Source: Candidatus Thorarchaeota archaeon
Lineage (GTDB): Archaea > Asgardarchaeota > Thorarchaeia > Thorarchaeales > Thorarchaeaceae
Length of the DNA stretch: 64,000 bases
Assembly: GCA_019057475.1 (NCBI GenBank)
Contig: DXJO01000010.1
Span: 192,001-256,000, forward strand
Direction of reading: 5' to 3'
Shown here: piece by piece, positions 9,308 to 18,661 of the stretch
Layout: the number at the start of each line of letters is the position of its first letter
How positions within the stretch are numbered: position 1 is the first letter of the stretch
Notes under the pieces: generated by a model
Told to the model about the DNA's origin: nothing
Database searches by the model: none
The model's input: the letters and a program-made list of their open reading frames with translations, nothing else
Program-made: the position numbers and the translations under genes

Positions 9308-10396
9308 TCAATACAGCTCCCTCGGTGATGCCCGCAGGAAATTGACTATGATGACTACAGCGAAGATTAGAAAGGCAAGCCAAATAATCAGGGTCTTGAC
9401 AGGCACCTCATACTCTTGAAGGAATGAGATTCCTTTGAAGAGCCCCTCCACAACGAGAAACATGCCTACGATGATGATGTTTGAGGTACCTCCCATCGTA
9501 CTTGTGTCTTCTACCTTGAGTCCTTTTCTTACTAGAATCATGATGACGACGATAATCAGGGAGATATTGTTGATGTAGCTGGTGAAAAGCCAGCTCATAT
9601 CGAAGAAGGGGATTGTGCCGAACGGGGTGGGAACTGGCGGCAACCACAGCGCTACGAAGATGAAGAAAAGCAGGAGTTCACCAATTCGAATCCACTTTGT
9701 CGGGGGCTTGGTATAGGATTCCCCGTAGACACCCTTGTCATATTCGCCGGCCGCATAGTACATGAAGTAAACAGGCGCCCCAAAGCTCAAGGCATTCACC
9801 AAGCTTTGTGCAACTCCATAGACCACATTGAACCAGAATGTCCTCCAATTGAGCAGAATAGACTCCCACACTTGCATATACATTGGCATGAAATTAAGCA
9901 ACACAAAGGTGGGAACGATACAGAGGATAATAGCAACCACCACCGCGAGAGCAGCTGCTGGTTTCCCTCCGCCAAGTCTACCTACTCCAACACCATAGAA
10001 GACATGTCCAGCCACCGCAAGGCCCCCAAGTATTGCTAGTGGCGCAGTCACCATTGGGAGGATAAAGAACATCAGCACGAATGATGCGTTGGTGCCATAG
10101 AAGAGTCGCCATCGCAAAGGCACGGCAGTGGTGCTCTCCTGCATTAGTTGAATGGTGTTTGCAAGCCTATAACGCCTGTAGTACAAGAGTGCTAACCACG
10201 GGACCGAGAAGACCGCTGGCGCAACGGCGTAGTGGAAAATCCAGTTATGAAGTGGGTCTGAAAACGGAGTCATCTGCGGTAGCAGGAAGACCAGCAATAG
10301 GAAGTACACTGGAGTGATCACTGCTATTGCGACTACTGTGATGCGGGTCATCATCCAGTCTGATTTCACTTTACGTCGCCAGCAGCTCGTTATCAT
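9308..10396 (-). CDS. Polytopic membrane protein, unknown function
   Basis: About 9-10 hydrophobic segments. Ends 1 bp before the NUDIX start. True start is probably the MMTRI ATG near 10354. Confidence 0.7.
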   Translation of the reverse strand: MITSCWRRKVKSDWMMTRITVVAIAVITPVYFLLLVFLLPQMTPFSDPLHNWIFHYAVAPAVFSVPWLALLYYRRYRLANTIQLMQESTTAVPLRWRLFYGTNASFVLMFFILPMVTAPLAILGGLAVAGHVFYGVGVGRLGGGKPAAALAVVVAIILCIVPTFVLLNFMPMYMQVWESILLNWRTFWFNVVYGVAQSLVNALSFGAPVYFMYYAAGEYDKGVYGESYTKPPTKWIRIGELLLFFIFVALWLPPVPTPFGTIPFFDMSWLFTSYINNISLIIVVIMILVRKGLKVEDTSTMGGTSNIIIVGMFLVVEGLFKGISFLQEYEVPVKTLIIWLAFLIFAVVIIVNFLRASPRELY

Positions 10397-10440
10397 AATG
10401 TGTTATAAGTATGCTCGGCAGATAGTTTGGTCGTGGTGCT

Positions 10441-11232
10441 TTGGAATTGACTAGGCAATCATTCACAAGGAAGCTCTCGGCAGCCTCCTATGTTCGGAAG
10501 AGTCGGTTGATAGTTGGACTTGACCTGACTGCAGACATGGCAGTCAAACGCAGGGCCGAAAAAGACCGCCTTGAGAAAGAGGCGTTGCGAATCGTATCAC
10601 TGACTGCCGAGCATGCAGTTGCCTTCAAGTTCAATCGACAATTGGTCCTTCCTCTCGGCGTTTTCGACGGAGTCCCGAAGATTATAGACGCCATTCATGA
10701 CCTAGGCCTAACTGCCATAATGGACTGCAAGATAAACGATATTGGCAACACGAACTCGTGGATTGCTCGCTACTACTTTGAAGCCGGGTTCGATGCTGTG
10801 ATAGTGAATCCGCTTGTCGGCTGGGAGGGCGGGCTCGACTCAGTCTTTGAGATGGCCGAGGGCCAAGATAGAGGTGTCATAACGCTCTGCTACATGTCGC
10901 ATCCAGCAGCTGATGAGGGTTACGGGCTGTACGTGACCACTGAGAGGAAAAAGAAGGTACACGAGCCGCTATACATGACTTTTGCACAGCGCGCTAAGAA
11001 CTGGCACGCCGATGGTGTTATTGTAGGCGCAACATATCCTGAAAAGATAACTGAGGTTAGGAGTGTGCTTGGCTCTACCATTCCAATCATTAGTCCAGGC
11101 ATAGGTGCGCAGGGTGGCAGCGCACGGCAGGCAATCGAGGCCGGGGCATCCTATGTCATTGCCGCGAGGTCGATTGTGGAATCTGATGATCCGGCTGCAG
11201 TCGCTGCGAGCATCGCTGCAGAAACTCAATAA
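10441..11232 (+). CDS. pyrF: Orotidine-5'-phosphate decarboxylase
   Basis: LIVGLD, catalytic DCKINDIGNT (DxKxxDIxxT), VGATYP, SPGIGAQGG and RSI. Confidence 0.93.
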   Translation: MELTRQSFTRKLSAASYVRKSRLIVGLDLTADMAVKRRAEKDRLEKEALRIVSLTAEHAVAFKFNRQLVLPLGVFDGVPKIIDAIHDLGLTAIMDCKINDIGNTNSWIARYYFEAGFDAVIVNPLVGWEGGLDSVFEMAEGQDRGVITLCYMSHPAADEGYGLYVTTERKKKVHEPLYMTFAQRAKNWHADGVIVGATYPEKITEVRSVLGSTIPIISPGIGAQGGSARQAIEAGASYVIAARSIVESDDPAAVAASIAAETQ

Positions 11233-11460
11233 AACACCGCCCTATCTCCGCAGACATCGTATCACTTCTTTGAGAATCTCACATTACGGTACACTGTTGT
11301 ACATTGTAGCCCGTAGGCGCTCACCAGAGATTGCAGCAAGCTCGAAATAAATATAGGCCGAGTAACTTCTGTTTTCAGTGGTGATGTACGCCTCTGTACA
11401 CGCTGCGCAACGACGGGGACAGGATGTACGTGACAATCAACAAACGTGGAGCCCTAACCG

Positions 11461-12732
11461 ATGGCCGATAACAAGAACAGGTATCAATTCGCAACATGGA
11501 CTTCCTTCATTGCGGAGTCCCAGATTAGAGCACTGCTGAAATACACTGTCAAATACTACTTTGCTGGTGGGAAACCGGGAATCATTCCAACTGATATTTT
11601 TGCAAAGATACTAGCTGACCTGAGTGAGCAGTATATCAAAGACCCCAAGATGGCCCTAGACGATCTCAACTACGGACCAACTGGTGGACAGCCTTGGTTC
11701 TTGAAGACCTTGGCGAAACGACTCCACGATGTTAGAGGAATCCATATAGACTGTGAATCAGAGTGGGAGTGCGTATCCATAACAAGCGGGTCACAACAGG
11801 CGCTCTACGCCATTCTTGATACCATGGTCGATCCTGGTGATGTCATAATCACACCTTCGCCAGCATATCTGGGTTTTCTGGTGCCCGCGGTAAAGCTTGG
11901 TGCGCGGGTCATTACAGTGCCCACGGATCTTGAAGGAATAATTCCGGAGTACGTTACAAAGGCAATCCAGTTGTCTGAAATCAAGTTTGGCAAGACTCCT
12001 GACATTCTCTATGTGGTCCCCGACTCGGATAATCCAAAGGGAACAACTCTACCTCAGAAGAGGCGTCAGGAACTCTTTGATACCTGCGAGAGTCACAACA
12101 TTCTGTTGCTTGAGGATTCAGCTTACGCTGAGATTCAGTTTAAGAAAACGCCCAAACCCATTAAGGTTCTCGACAAGGATAACTCGCGTATTGCGTATCT
12201 AGGCACTACAAGCAAGGAGGCCGCAGTGCTAAGAGTAGGATATTCTGTCCTGCCACCAAACGTTAGAGAAGAGGTGTTGAAGGACAAGGGCTATCTAGAC
12301 CTCTGCACATCTACTATGATTCAGCGCATATTGAACGAGTACTACATAAAGTACATCGATGAAGCTATGCGTGTGGGCATACCAAAATACAAGAAACGGT
12401 ACGAGGCGATGGCTACGGCCATTGACGAATCATTCCCCGCAGGGCAACGAACTGACCCAACGGGAGGATTCTTCATCTGGTGGCAGAGTGAGAACAAAGC
12501 GTTTGACAGTGGAGAGTTCCTGCAGAAGACGGCAATCCCCAACGACCTGCTCTACGTTCCTGGGAAGCCATTCTATCCAATCACTGGCTACGCGATTAAT
12601 GACAGTGGCAATGACCTTATTCCTAGTATGCCAGAGCTCAATACAATGCGTCTAGGCTTCTCATATGTGACGCCTGAGATTATTTCGGAGGGCGTATCCA
12701 AACTGGGCAAGCTTCTAACAAAAGAGCTCTAG
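11461..12732 (+). CDS. PLP-dependent class I/II aminotransferase (LysN/Aro8-like)
   Basis: YGPTGG, ITSGSQQAL, NPKGTT, EDSAY, GTTSK (PLP Lys) followed by LRVGY, and GGFFIW. Confidence 0.88.
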   Translation: MADNKNRYQFATWTSFIAESQIRALLKYTVKYYFAGGKPGIIPTDIFAKILADLSEQYIKDPKMALDDLNYGPTGGQPWFLKTLAKRLHDVRGIHIDCESEWECVSITSGSQQALYAILDTMVDPGDVIITPSPAYLGFLVPAVKLGARVITVPTDLEGIIPEYVTKAIQLSEIKFGKTPDILYVVPDSDNPKGTTLPQKRRQELFDTCESHNILLLEDSAYAEIQFKKTPKPIKVLDKDNSRIAYLGTTSKEAAVLRVGYSVLPPNVREEVLKDKGYLDLCTSTMIQRILNEYYIKYIDEAMRVGIPKYKKRYEAMATAIDESFPAGQRTDPTGGFFIWWQSENKAFDSGEFLQKTAIPNDLLYVPGKPFYPITGYAINDSGNDLIPSMPELNTMRLGFSYVTPEIISEGVSKLGKLLTKEL

Positions 12733-12740
12733 CTTGTCGC

Positions 12741-14456
12741 TTACACTGAGAAGTTGAAGAAGAGAGTTGCGCCGTTCTTCATGTTCGGCACATATGCGCG
12801 ACGATAGGGTCCGAATAAATCATGAACACCTGAGTTGAGCATCCATTCAATCCAAGACCAGGACGCCTCTTGGCCAAGCTTGTTTTCAGCATATTGTCCA
12901 AACACCCAGCTCAAATAGCGCTCAACCTCAAGAATGGTAGCAAGGAGATCTTTCAGTTCATCGCCCTTTGCAGTCTTGCGCTGCCCTCTCAGGTCTTCCA
13001 GTGATACATTCAGCTCCTGATGACTCTCCAGTATCACACTCAGAAGAGACCGGATACTCTCGTTCATTTCATCATGTTTAGCCTTCTTTCTGAAGCGACC
13101 GATTGTCCCCAGCAAACGGAACATTTCTGGTTTGTGAAGCGGTGATAGGCCTTTTTCCTTCAATACTCCCGCAAGACTCTCGCTCCAAGGAGTATTGAAG
13201 TAGGCTCGCGGATACTTCAGAAATGCGGGGAAGGGCGCAGGCAGTGCTTTCGCAATTGGAATGACTTGTGCGTAATAGGCGGTTTCACCGCTTCCTCCCA
13301 CATGAGCGACGATGGGCAAGATCGTGTCGACAATCAATTGTCTGGAGTCAACTCTGGGTGATAGGTAACGTCCCACTTCACTAAGAAACGGTTCATCAGC
13401 CGATGTTTCAATCTCGACATTTTGACCGCACGATGGACATCTGCCTGTCAACACAGCCTCTGTGCCCTTCTCCTTGTACAATAGCTCGGTCCTACTCCTA
13501 TTGCATTCTTTCTCAGGGCACTCGTAGTAGAATGGCACATAGTTGAGCTTTCTAGATCCGGCGCCTGGTCTGAATCCGCTCTTCACAATGAGGTCTGTTG
13601 CTCTCTCGTGAGTCTTAAGGAAAACATCTCTTTGCTTCTTGGCCAATATGAATTCCATTCCCTCAACCATTAGATCTCGGAACACCTCATCTGATGCCGG
13701 GATAATCGGGATACCCAAGTTCCCCTCGATATTCAGAAGTCGACCAATTATTTTCTGAGCCCAATCGCCAAGGGTTCTGGAGTTGACAAATCCCCAACGT
13801 GTAATTGCCAGCGCCTGTTCGAGCCTTTCTTCAAAGAGTGTTCGCACAGGTTTGTCGAGGGGCTTGAGAAGGGGTCTATAGCTATGTCGAAGCTTCTCTT
13901 CAATCGCGTTGTACCATTCAATCTCAGGCAGAGGGAGAACGCTGACAGGCGAGTGCTTATAGCCTCTTGGTACAGGAATGCTCAGAAGATTGCCTTCGGG
14001 TCCCATGTTTGGAGTTCTGATATTGATCAGTTCTGATTGAACGATATCATAGTCTGCAACGAAGAAGACCGGAACGACATCGAGTCCTTGCTGAACACCA
14101 AAACTGCTGATTCGTTCTGCTGTGATTGCCTTGTTGAGAATGTATGCGGGGCCTCCCATTACTACACTCTGGTGAGCCGCTTCGACAACTCCATTACCGA
14201 GTCGTTTGATGTTCTCTTCCACACTGGGGGTCAAACATGCAAGCCCACGATTGGCCTTAATCAATGTCTTTCGGAGCAGTTTCATTCTCTCGTCGGTATG
14301 CCAGAGTCTATCCTTGTATTCCGCAAGTATCTTCGGAAACTCTGACACGATCTCTCCCATCGTGACGATTGGAGAACCATAAAGATCAGCTGCAAGACGC
14401 GACTGTGTGCCGCTCCAGATGAACTCCTGATAGATACTCGTCACACCGGGTTTCAA
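12741..14456 (-). CDS. bshC: Bacillithiol biosynthesis cysteine-adding enzyme BshC-like protein
   Basis: HQSVVMGGPAYILNKAIT, PVFFVAD, and SPRVDSRQ..DTILP..AHVGGSGETAYYAQ parallel BshC motifs (GGPLY..K; PVFW; SPNV..RP...LP...VGGPGE.AY.AQ). C-terminal coiled coil. Co-oriented 17 bp downstream of bshA. Confidence 0.85.
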   Translation of the reverse strand: MKPGVTSIYQEFIWSGTQSRLAADLYGSPIVTMGEIVSEFPKILAEYKDRLWHTDERMKLLRKTLIKANRGLACLTPSVEENIKRLGNGVVEAAHQSVVMGGPAYILNKAITAERISSFGVQQGLDVVPVFFVADYDIVQSELINIRTPNMGPEGNLLSIPVPRGYKHSPVSVLPLPEIEWYNAIEEKLRHSYRPLLKPLDKPVRTLFEERLEQALAITRWGFVNSRTLGDWAQKIIGRLLNIEGNLGIPIIPASDEVFRDLMVEGMEFILAKKQRDVFLKTHERATDLIVKSGFRPGAGSRKLNYVPFYYECPEKECNRSRTELLYKEKGTEAVLTGRCPSCGQNVEIETSADEPFLSEVGRYLSPRVDSRQLIVDTILPIVAHVGGSGETAYYAQVIPIAKALPAPFPAFLKYPRAYFNTPWSESLAGVLKEKGLSPLHKPEMFRLLGTIGRFRKKAKHDEMNESIRSLLSVILESHQELNVSLEDLRGQRKTAKGDELKDLLATILEVERYLSWVFGQYAENKLGQEASWSWIEWMLNSGVHDLFGPYRRAYVPNMKNGATLFFNFSV

Positions 14457-14473
14457 GATACTCTCCTACCTTC

Positions 14474-15646
14474 CTATTTACTAATGACTTCCTCAAAGAT
14501 TTTTTCGTACTTGGGAACGATTGCCTTGGCTGCAAAGTGTTCCTCCACACGTTTTCTGCCGGCAGCAGACATCTGCTCCCTCATTTTCTCTTTGTCCAAG
14601 AGCTCGATGACTGCATCCGCGAACTCCTCGATTTCGAAGCCTTTGGTTACAATCCCATCCTTGCCGGGTCGAACCAGCTCTGGAATACCTCCTGCGGGAG
14701 TAGTGACCACTGGCAGACCGCACGACATAGACTCCAAGAGAACAAGTGGCATGCCTTCTAGCATCGAGTTGAGCAGGAATGCATCCGCAGAGCACATAAT
14801 CTCCAGCATGTTGCTCTTTATCCCCAGAAGATGAACATTATTGCAGAGGTCAAGTGCATCTATTCGTCTCTCAACCTCTATTCTTGTTGGACCATCGCCG
14901 GCAATCAGAAGACGGGTGTTCGGATGATGGTCGACAACTATCCGCATGATGTCAACCAGCTCGACGACTCGTTTCACCTTGCGGAAGTTTGACGCATGAA
15001 GCAGGACTATCTCTCCGGGATTAATCTCTTGGGCTTCTTCTGTACTCCTTACAGAAACGCAACCACTCTCAACTACCAGTTTGAAGTCGCTCTTTGGCGC
15101 GAATTTTTTCACGTCGATGAAGTTCGGTATCACATGTACTTCCCGTGTGATTCCCAATTCCCCGACTATCTTCTTCTTGAGGAACTCGGATACTGTTGTC
15201 ACGGCATCAGCGTTTTGAACGACATGTTCGACCACTGGCCTATAGGCAGGGTCCTGACCGAGTGAGTGCACATCTGAACCATGTAGAGTGACCACGTAGG
15301 GGATGCCACATATTTCCCGGGCCATGTAAGCTGACATTGCGTGTGGTATTGCGTAGTGTGAGTGAATAAGATCAAGCTTAGAATCCTTGGCCACCTTGAC
15401 TATCTTTGATGTCAATGCCATTGTATATGGTGGTCCCACATCCTTGAACAACGGGTAGTCAAAGCGGTCGACAAGGTCCACGTGGACCCCTCGCGTTTGC
15501 TCCCACATCAACGAGAACGGGCGCTCGTAGGTGATGAAGTGCATCACATGCCCTCGATGTGTCAAATGTTGTCCAAGGCGGGTTGCCAGATATCCGGACC
15601 CTCCCATCGAGGGATATAGATTCACACCAATGTTCAAGCGTGTCAC
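14474..15646 (-). CDS. bshA: N-acetyl-alpha-D-glucosaminyl L-malate synthase (GT4)
   Basis: IGVNLYPSMGGSG..ATRLG, HSHYAIPHA, TLHGSD, HASNFRKVKR are diagnostic of BshA. GT4 motif EGMPLVLLE. Confidence 0.93.
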   Translation of the reverse strand: MTRLNIGVNLYPSMGGSGYLATRLGQHLTHRGHVMHFITYERPFSLMWEQTRGVHVDLVDRFDYPLFKDVGPPYTMALTSKIVKVAKDSKLDLIHSHYAIPHAMSAYMAREICGIPYVVTLHGSDVHSLGQDPAYRPVVEHVVQNADAVTTVSEFLKKKIVGELGITREVHVIPNFIDVKKFAPKSDFKLVVESGCVSVRSTEEAQEINPGEIVLLHASNFRKVKRVVELVDIMRIVVDHHPNTRLLIAGDGPTRIEVERRIDALDLCNNVHLLGIKSNMLEIMCSADAFLLNSMLEGMPLVLLESMSCGLPVVTTPAGGIPELVRPGKDGIVTKGFEIEEFADAVIELLDKEKMREQMSAAGRKRVEEHFAAKAIVPKYEKIFEEVISK

Positions 15647-15750
15647 CTTTTCAGTAGGGTTGTCTTATGCCTGTGGGCCTCGTGGTTTGAGCGGTTCAAG
15701 ACTGACCAGCGGGCCAAAGCTTGATTAGACACCAACCTGAACACGAGGAT

Positions 15751-16419
15751 ATGAGTGATGCGGATGAGGCCTCCATGCTCGTTGTAGTTGCTCATCCTGA
15801 TGATGAGTGTCTTGGAGCGGGCGGCACAATCAGAAGACATGCGGAGCTCGGGGTTCCTGTGAGTGTTCTATGTCTCACTGGGAATGATGAGCGTAATGCC
15901 GAACTGAATAAGGCCTGCAAAACGCTTGGTGTGGCAGAGGTGCACACCAGTATGCGCGGCGACTTTGATGTTGACTGGTCACTCTCACATGAAATCGCTC
16001 AGACAATCCTCCGGACCCGACCCAGAATCATAATCACTCATTCTGTTGAGGACTACAACCGTAATCATAATCTCTGTGCGCAAATCGTAATGGAGGCAGT
16101 GGAATGGGCTTCCCACGTCACAATGTTTGATGATGCCCATAGGGTTGAGCGCATATACAACATGGAGATCAACTCCCTTCTTTCGCGTCCAAGCATCATG
16201 GTCGATGTTTCTGACTGCTACGATACTGCTGTACAAGCTCTTAAGCAGCACGAATCCCAGATGTCTAAGGCAAGCGGCTTTTACCCCAATTTATACGACG
16301 CCCGCACTCGCCTTCGTGGAGTGCAAGCTGCCTGTAACCGAGCTGAGGCCTTTGGTCTATCACCTTTAAGACATGCAGGCCCATTTTATCCTGTCAACAG
16401 CGTCCGAAGTTTGATCTAG
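15751..16419 (+). CDS. bshB: PIG-L/LmbE family deacetylase (BshB-like)
   Basis: VVAHPDDE Zn motif, HESQ, RG....AEAF. Divergent from bshA. ORF track start 15721; ATG 15751 is likelier. Confidence 0.8.
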   Translation: MSDADEASMLVVVAHPDDECLGAGGTIRRHAELGVPVSVLCLTGNDERNAELNKACKTLGVAEVHTSMRGDFDVDWSLSHEIAQTILRTRPRIIITHSVEDYNRNHNLCAQIVMEAVEWASHVTMFDDAHRVERIYNMEINSLLSRPSIMVDVSDCYDTAVQALKQHESQMSKASGFYPNLYDARTRLRGVQAACNRAEAFGLSPLRHAGPFYPVNSVRSLI

Positions 16420-16437
16420 CCTTTGGCAATCATTCTT

Positions 16438-16830
16438 CTACTGACCGGTAGCATCAGTTTTTCTTCTTCTAGCTGCAAGAAGGCTCTTCAACTCGCCCAT
16501 GAGCCCGCCTCCACCTCCAGTTGGTGGGGGTCGTGCTGAGGGCGCCTTGGCTATCGGGGCACTAGCCATATCGGGGGCAGCAGAAGCAGCAGCTGAGGCT
16601 GCTGACGGGGGCGCAACTCCGCGACTAGCTATTTGGTTGACCTTCGAATCGAGTCCGTCGAGTTTTGTTTCAAGGTCATATAGGCGCGTATCCAGGCCTC
16701 CTATCGCATCCACTAGCTTCTTTGTAATGGTGCTGACGACATCCCCTAGGGCTCGAAGCTTCTCTTCAGTGGGATCTTTGAGAGCCCATTCGAATTCTTC
16801 AAGGATGAAATCCTCGTCGTCACCAGACAT
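16438..16830 (-). CDS. Small coiled-coil protein with Ena/VASP FAB-like (WH2-related) C-terminal motif; candidate actin regulator
   Basis: Acidic DDEDFILEEFEW, heptad repeat LDTRLYDLETKLDGLDSKVNQI, Ala/Pro linker, then PPPTGGGGGLMGELKSLLAARRRKT. Confidence 0.7.
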   Translation of the reverse strand: MSGDDEDFILEEFEWALKDPTEEKLRALGDVVSTITKKLVDAIGGLDTRLYDLETKLDGLDSKVNQIASRGVAPPSAASAAASAAPDMASAPIAKAPSARPPPTGGGGGLMGELKSLLAARRRKTDATGQ

Positions 16831-16908
16831 ATAGCTTAAGCCCCTTTTTCTTGTGTGAGGTTAATAGTTTCGCTATAAACATTGTCTATATAGAAGCGCT
16901 TCATTGCA

Positions 16909-18294
16909 TCATAAAGACTCCACAATTCTCTCAACAGTGCCTTTTGCATCCAACATGATTGACTCAGCAATCTCTTGGGTCGGAGCCTCGCAGGTCACCC
17001 TAATGACTGGCTCTGTCCCTGAAGGCCTGACAAGCACCCAGCCCTCTTCGAGGAAAACACCAAGACCGTCAACGGTGAGAATATCCACAGTCTTCTTCAT
17101 GGCCTCAGGCAGCGCCTTGGCCAGCTCTTTCATGGCGGCTTCCTTCTTGTTGTTCGGACACTCCACTTTGGCTTTAAGGAGCGGATAGACTGGAATCTCT
17201 GACATCAAGTCCCCGAAGCTGCGTTTCGTTTTTGCCATCAGTTCGAGTACTTTGCATGATGTAAGAAATGGATCGGGCGCTTCGTGAAACTCCGGATGAA
17301 TGAATACACCACAGGCTTCACCGCCAAAGATGGCATTGGTTTCTTGCATTTTGATAGCCACCTGAATATCCCCTACTGGCGTCCTAACCGTTTCTCCACC
17401 AGCCGCTTTGACGGTTTCATCCAAGACTCTGGAACTGTCCACTGTGGTAACGATAATCTTGTTCTTGGAGTTCTTGAGAATGTGGCGTGCAATGAGTGCA
17501 ATAACTCTATCACCCCTCACAACCTCCCCGGACTCGGTCACAAAGACAACGCGATCAGCGTCCCCATCGTGGGCTATGCCAAAGTCCGCGCCGGTCTTCC
17601 TAATCAAGCTCACGAGGTCTCCAAGAGACTCCTCATCGGGCTCAGATCTTCTTCCTGGGAAATGGCCATCTGTCTGCCCGTTGATTGTCACCATCTTGCA
17701 TCCAAGCTCTCTCATCAGATATGGTGTAAGGACACAGCCTGCGCCGTTTCCCGGGTCAACGATAATCTTGAATTCCCTTGATTTTATGAGGTCTGCATCA
17801 CAGACAGCGAGAATCTCATTGATATGACGGTCAACAGCGGTTTCCAACTTCCTGTCGGTTCCCAGCTGGTTCCATTCAGCAATCTGAAATTCCTTGGAGT
17901 TGTAGATCTCCTCAAGGCGCGCCTCCTCTGCCTGCGTGTAGCCCATGCTTGACCTCGACCAGAACTTCAAGCCAGTGTACTCGGGTGGATTGTGAGACGC
18001 TGTTACCATGACGCCGGTGTCATAGCCGTGGTACTTTGTCATGAATGCCAGAGTTGGAGTGGGGATGAGACCTGCTCTGACAACATTCACTCCTGTTGAC
18101 ATTATTCCTGCCGCAAGGGAGTCCTCCACCATGGGGCTTGTGGTTCGTGCATCGTGAGCGAGAAGAACCGTTCCGCTGCCCAAGTATGTTCCGAGAGCTT
18201 TGCCTAGTTCAATGGCCATGTCCAGCTTGAACTCAGTACCGTAGATCTTTCTCACACCAGTTGTTCCGAAGAGATTTCCTGTCATCCTTCTCAC
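16909..18294 (-). CDS. glmM: Phosphoglucosamine mutase / phosphomannomutase
   Basis: LFGTTGVR, TASHNP (phospho-Ser), DGDADR (metal), GGE and VRPSGTEP. Confidence 0.9.
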   Translation of the reverse strand: MRRMTGNLFGTTGVRKIYGTEFKLDMAIELGKALGTYLGSGTVLLAHDARTTSPMVEDSLAAGIMSTGVNVVRAGLIPTPTLAFMTKYHGYDTGVMVTASHNPPEYTGLKFWSRSSMGYTQAEEARLEEIYNSKEFQIAEWNQLGTDRKLETAVDRHINEILAVCDADLIKSREFKIIVDPGNGAGCVLTPYLMRELGCKMVTINGQTDGHFPGRRSEPDEESLGDLVSLIRKTGADFGIAHDGDADRVVFVTESGEVVRGDRVIALIARHILKNSKNKIIVTTVDSSRVLDETVKAAGGETVRTPVGDIQVAIKMQETNAIFGGEACGVFIHPEFHEAPDPFLTSCKVLELMAKTKRSFGDLMSEIPVYPLLKAKVECPNNKKEAAMKELAKALPEAMKKTVDILTVDGLGVFLEEGWVLVRPSGTEPVIRVTCEAPTQEIAESIMLDAKGTVERIVESL

Positions 18295-18661
18295 AGTCCG
18301 CTCGAATACAGTAATAGAAAAAAAGGCTACCGACTATGACTTATGCAGTGAATATGTAACTACTTATTCGAGGTTGACCACGAATGCCGTTGCCAGAAAC
18401 TTGTACAATCCTGGACATCAATGTCCTTGACTGATGTTCGGTTCCTGATTCATTGAGGTCTGCTCTGCAGATCCTGCTGAATCTGCGACAAGTCTCACGT
18501 CCTCTCCACAGGCGTTTTCTGTCTCCATCCAACTGGCGGCGACCAAACTACATGGAGGCCCTAGCAATCAGCATTGAACATCCACACCACTCAATCCTGA
18601 ACAGTATGTTATAACCCCTTACAAAATGTTTAAGATTGTACAAGTTCTTAGCAGCTGTTGT

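Noticed and set aside
18341-18532. 63-aa ORF in the glmM-hydrolase intergenic gap
   Set aside because: Weak start, no recognisable motif and atypical composition, so probably non-coding.
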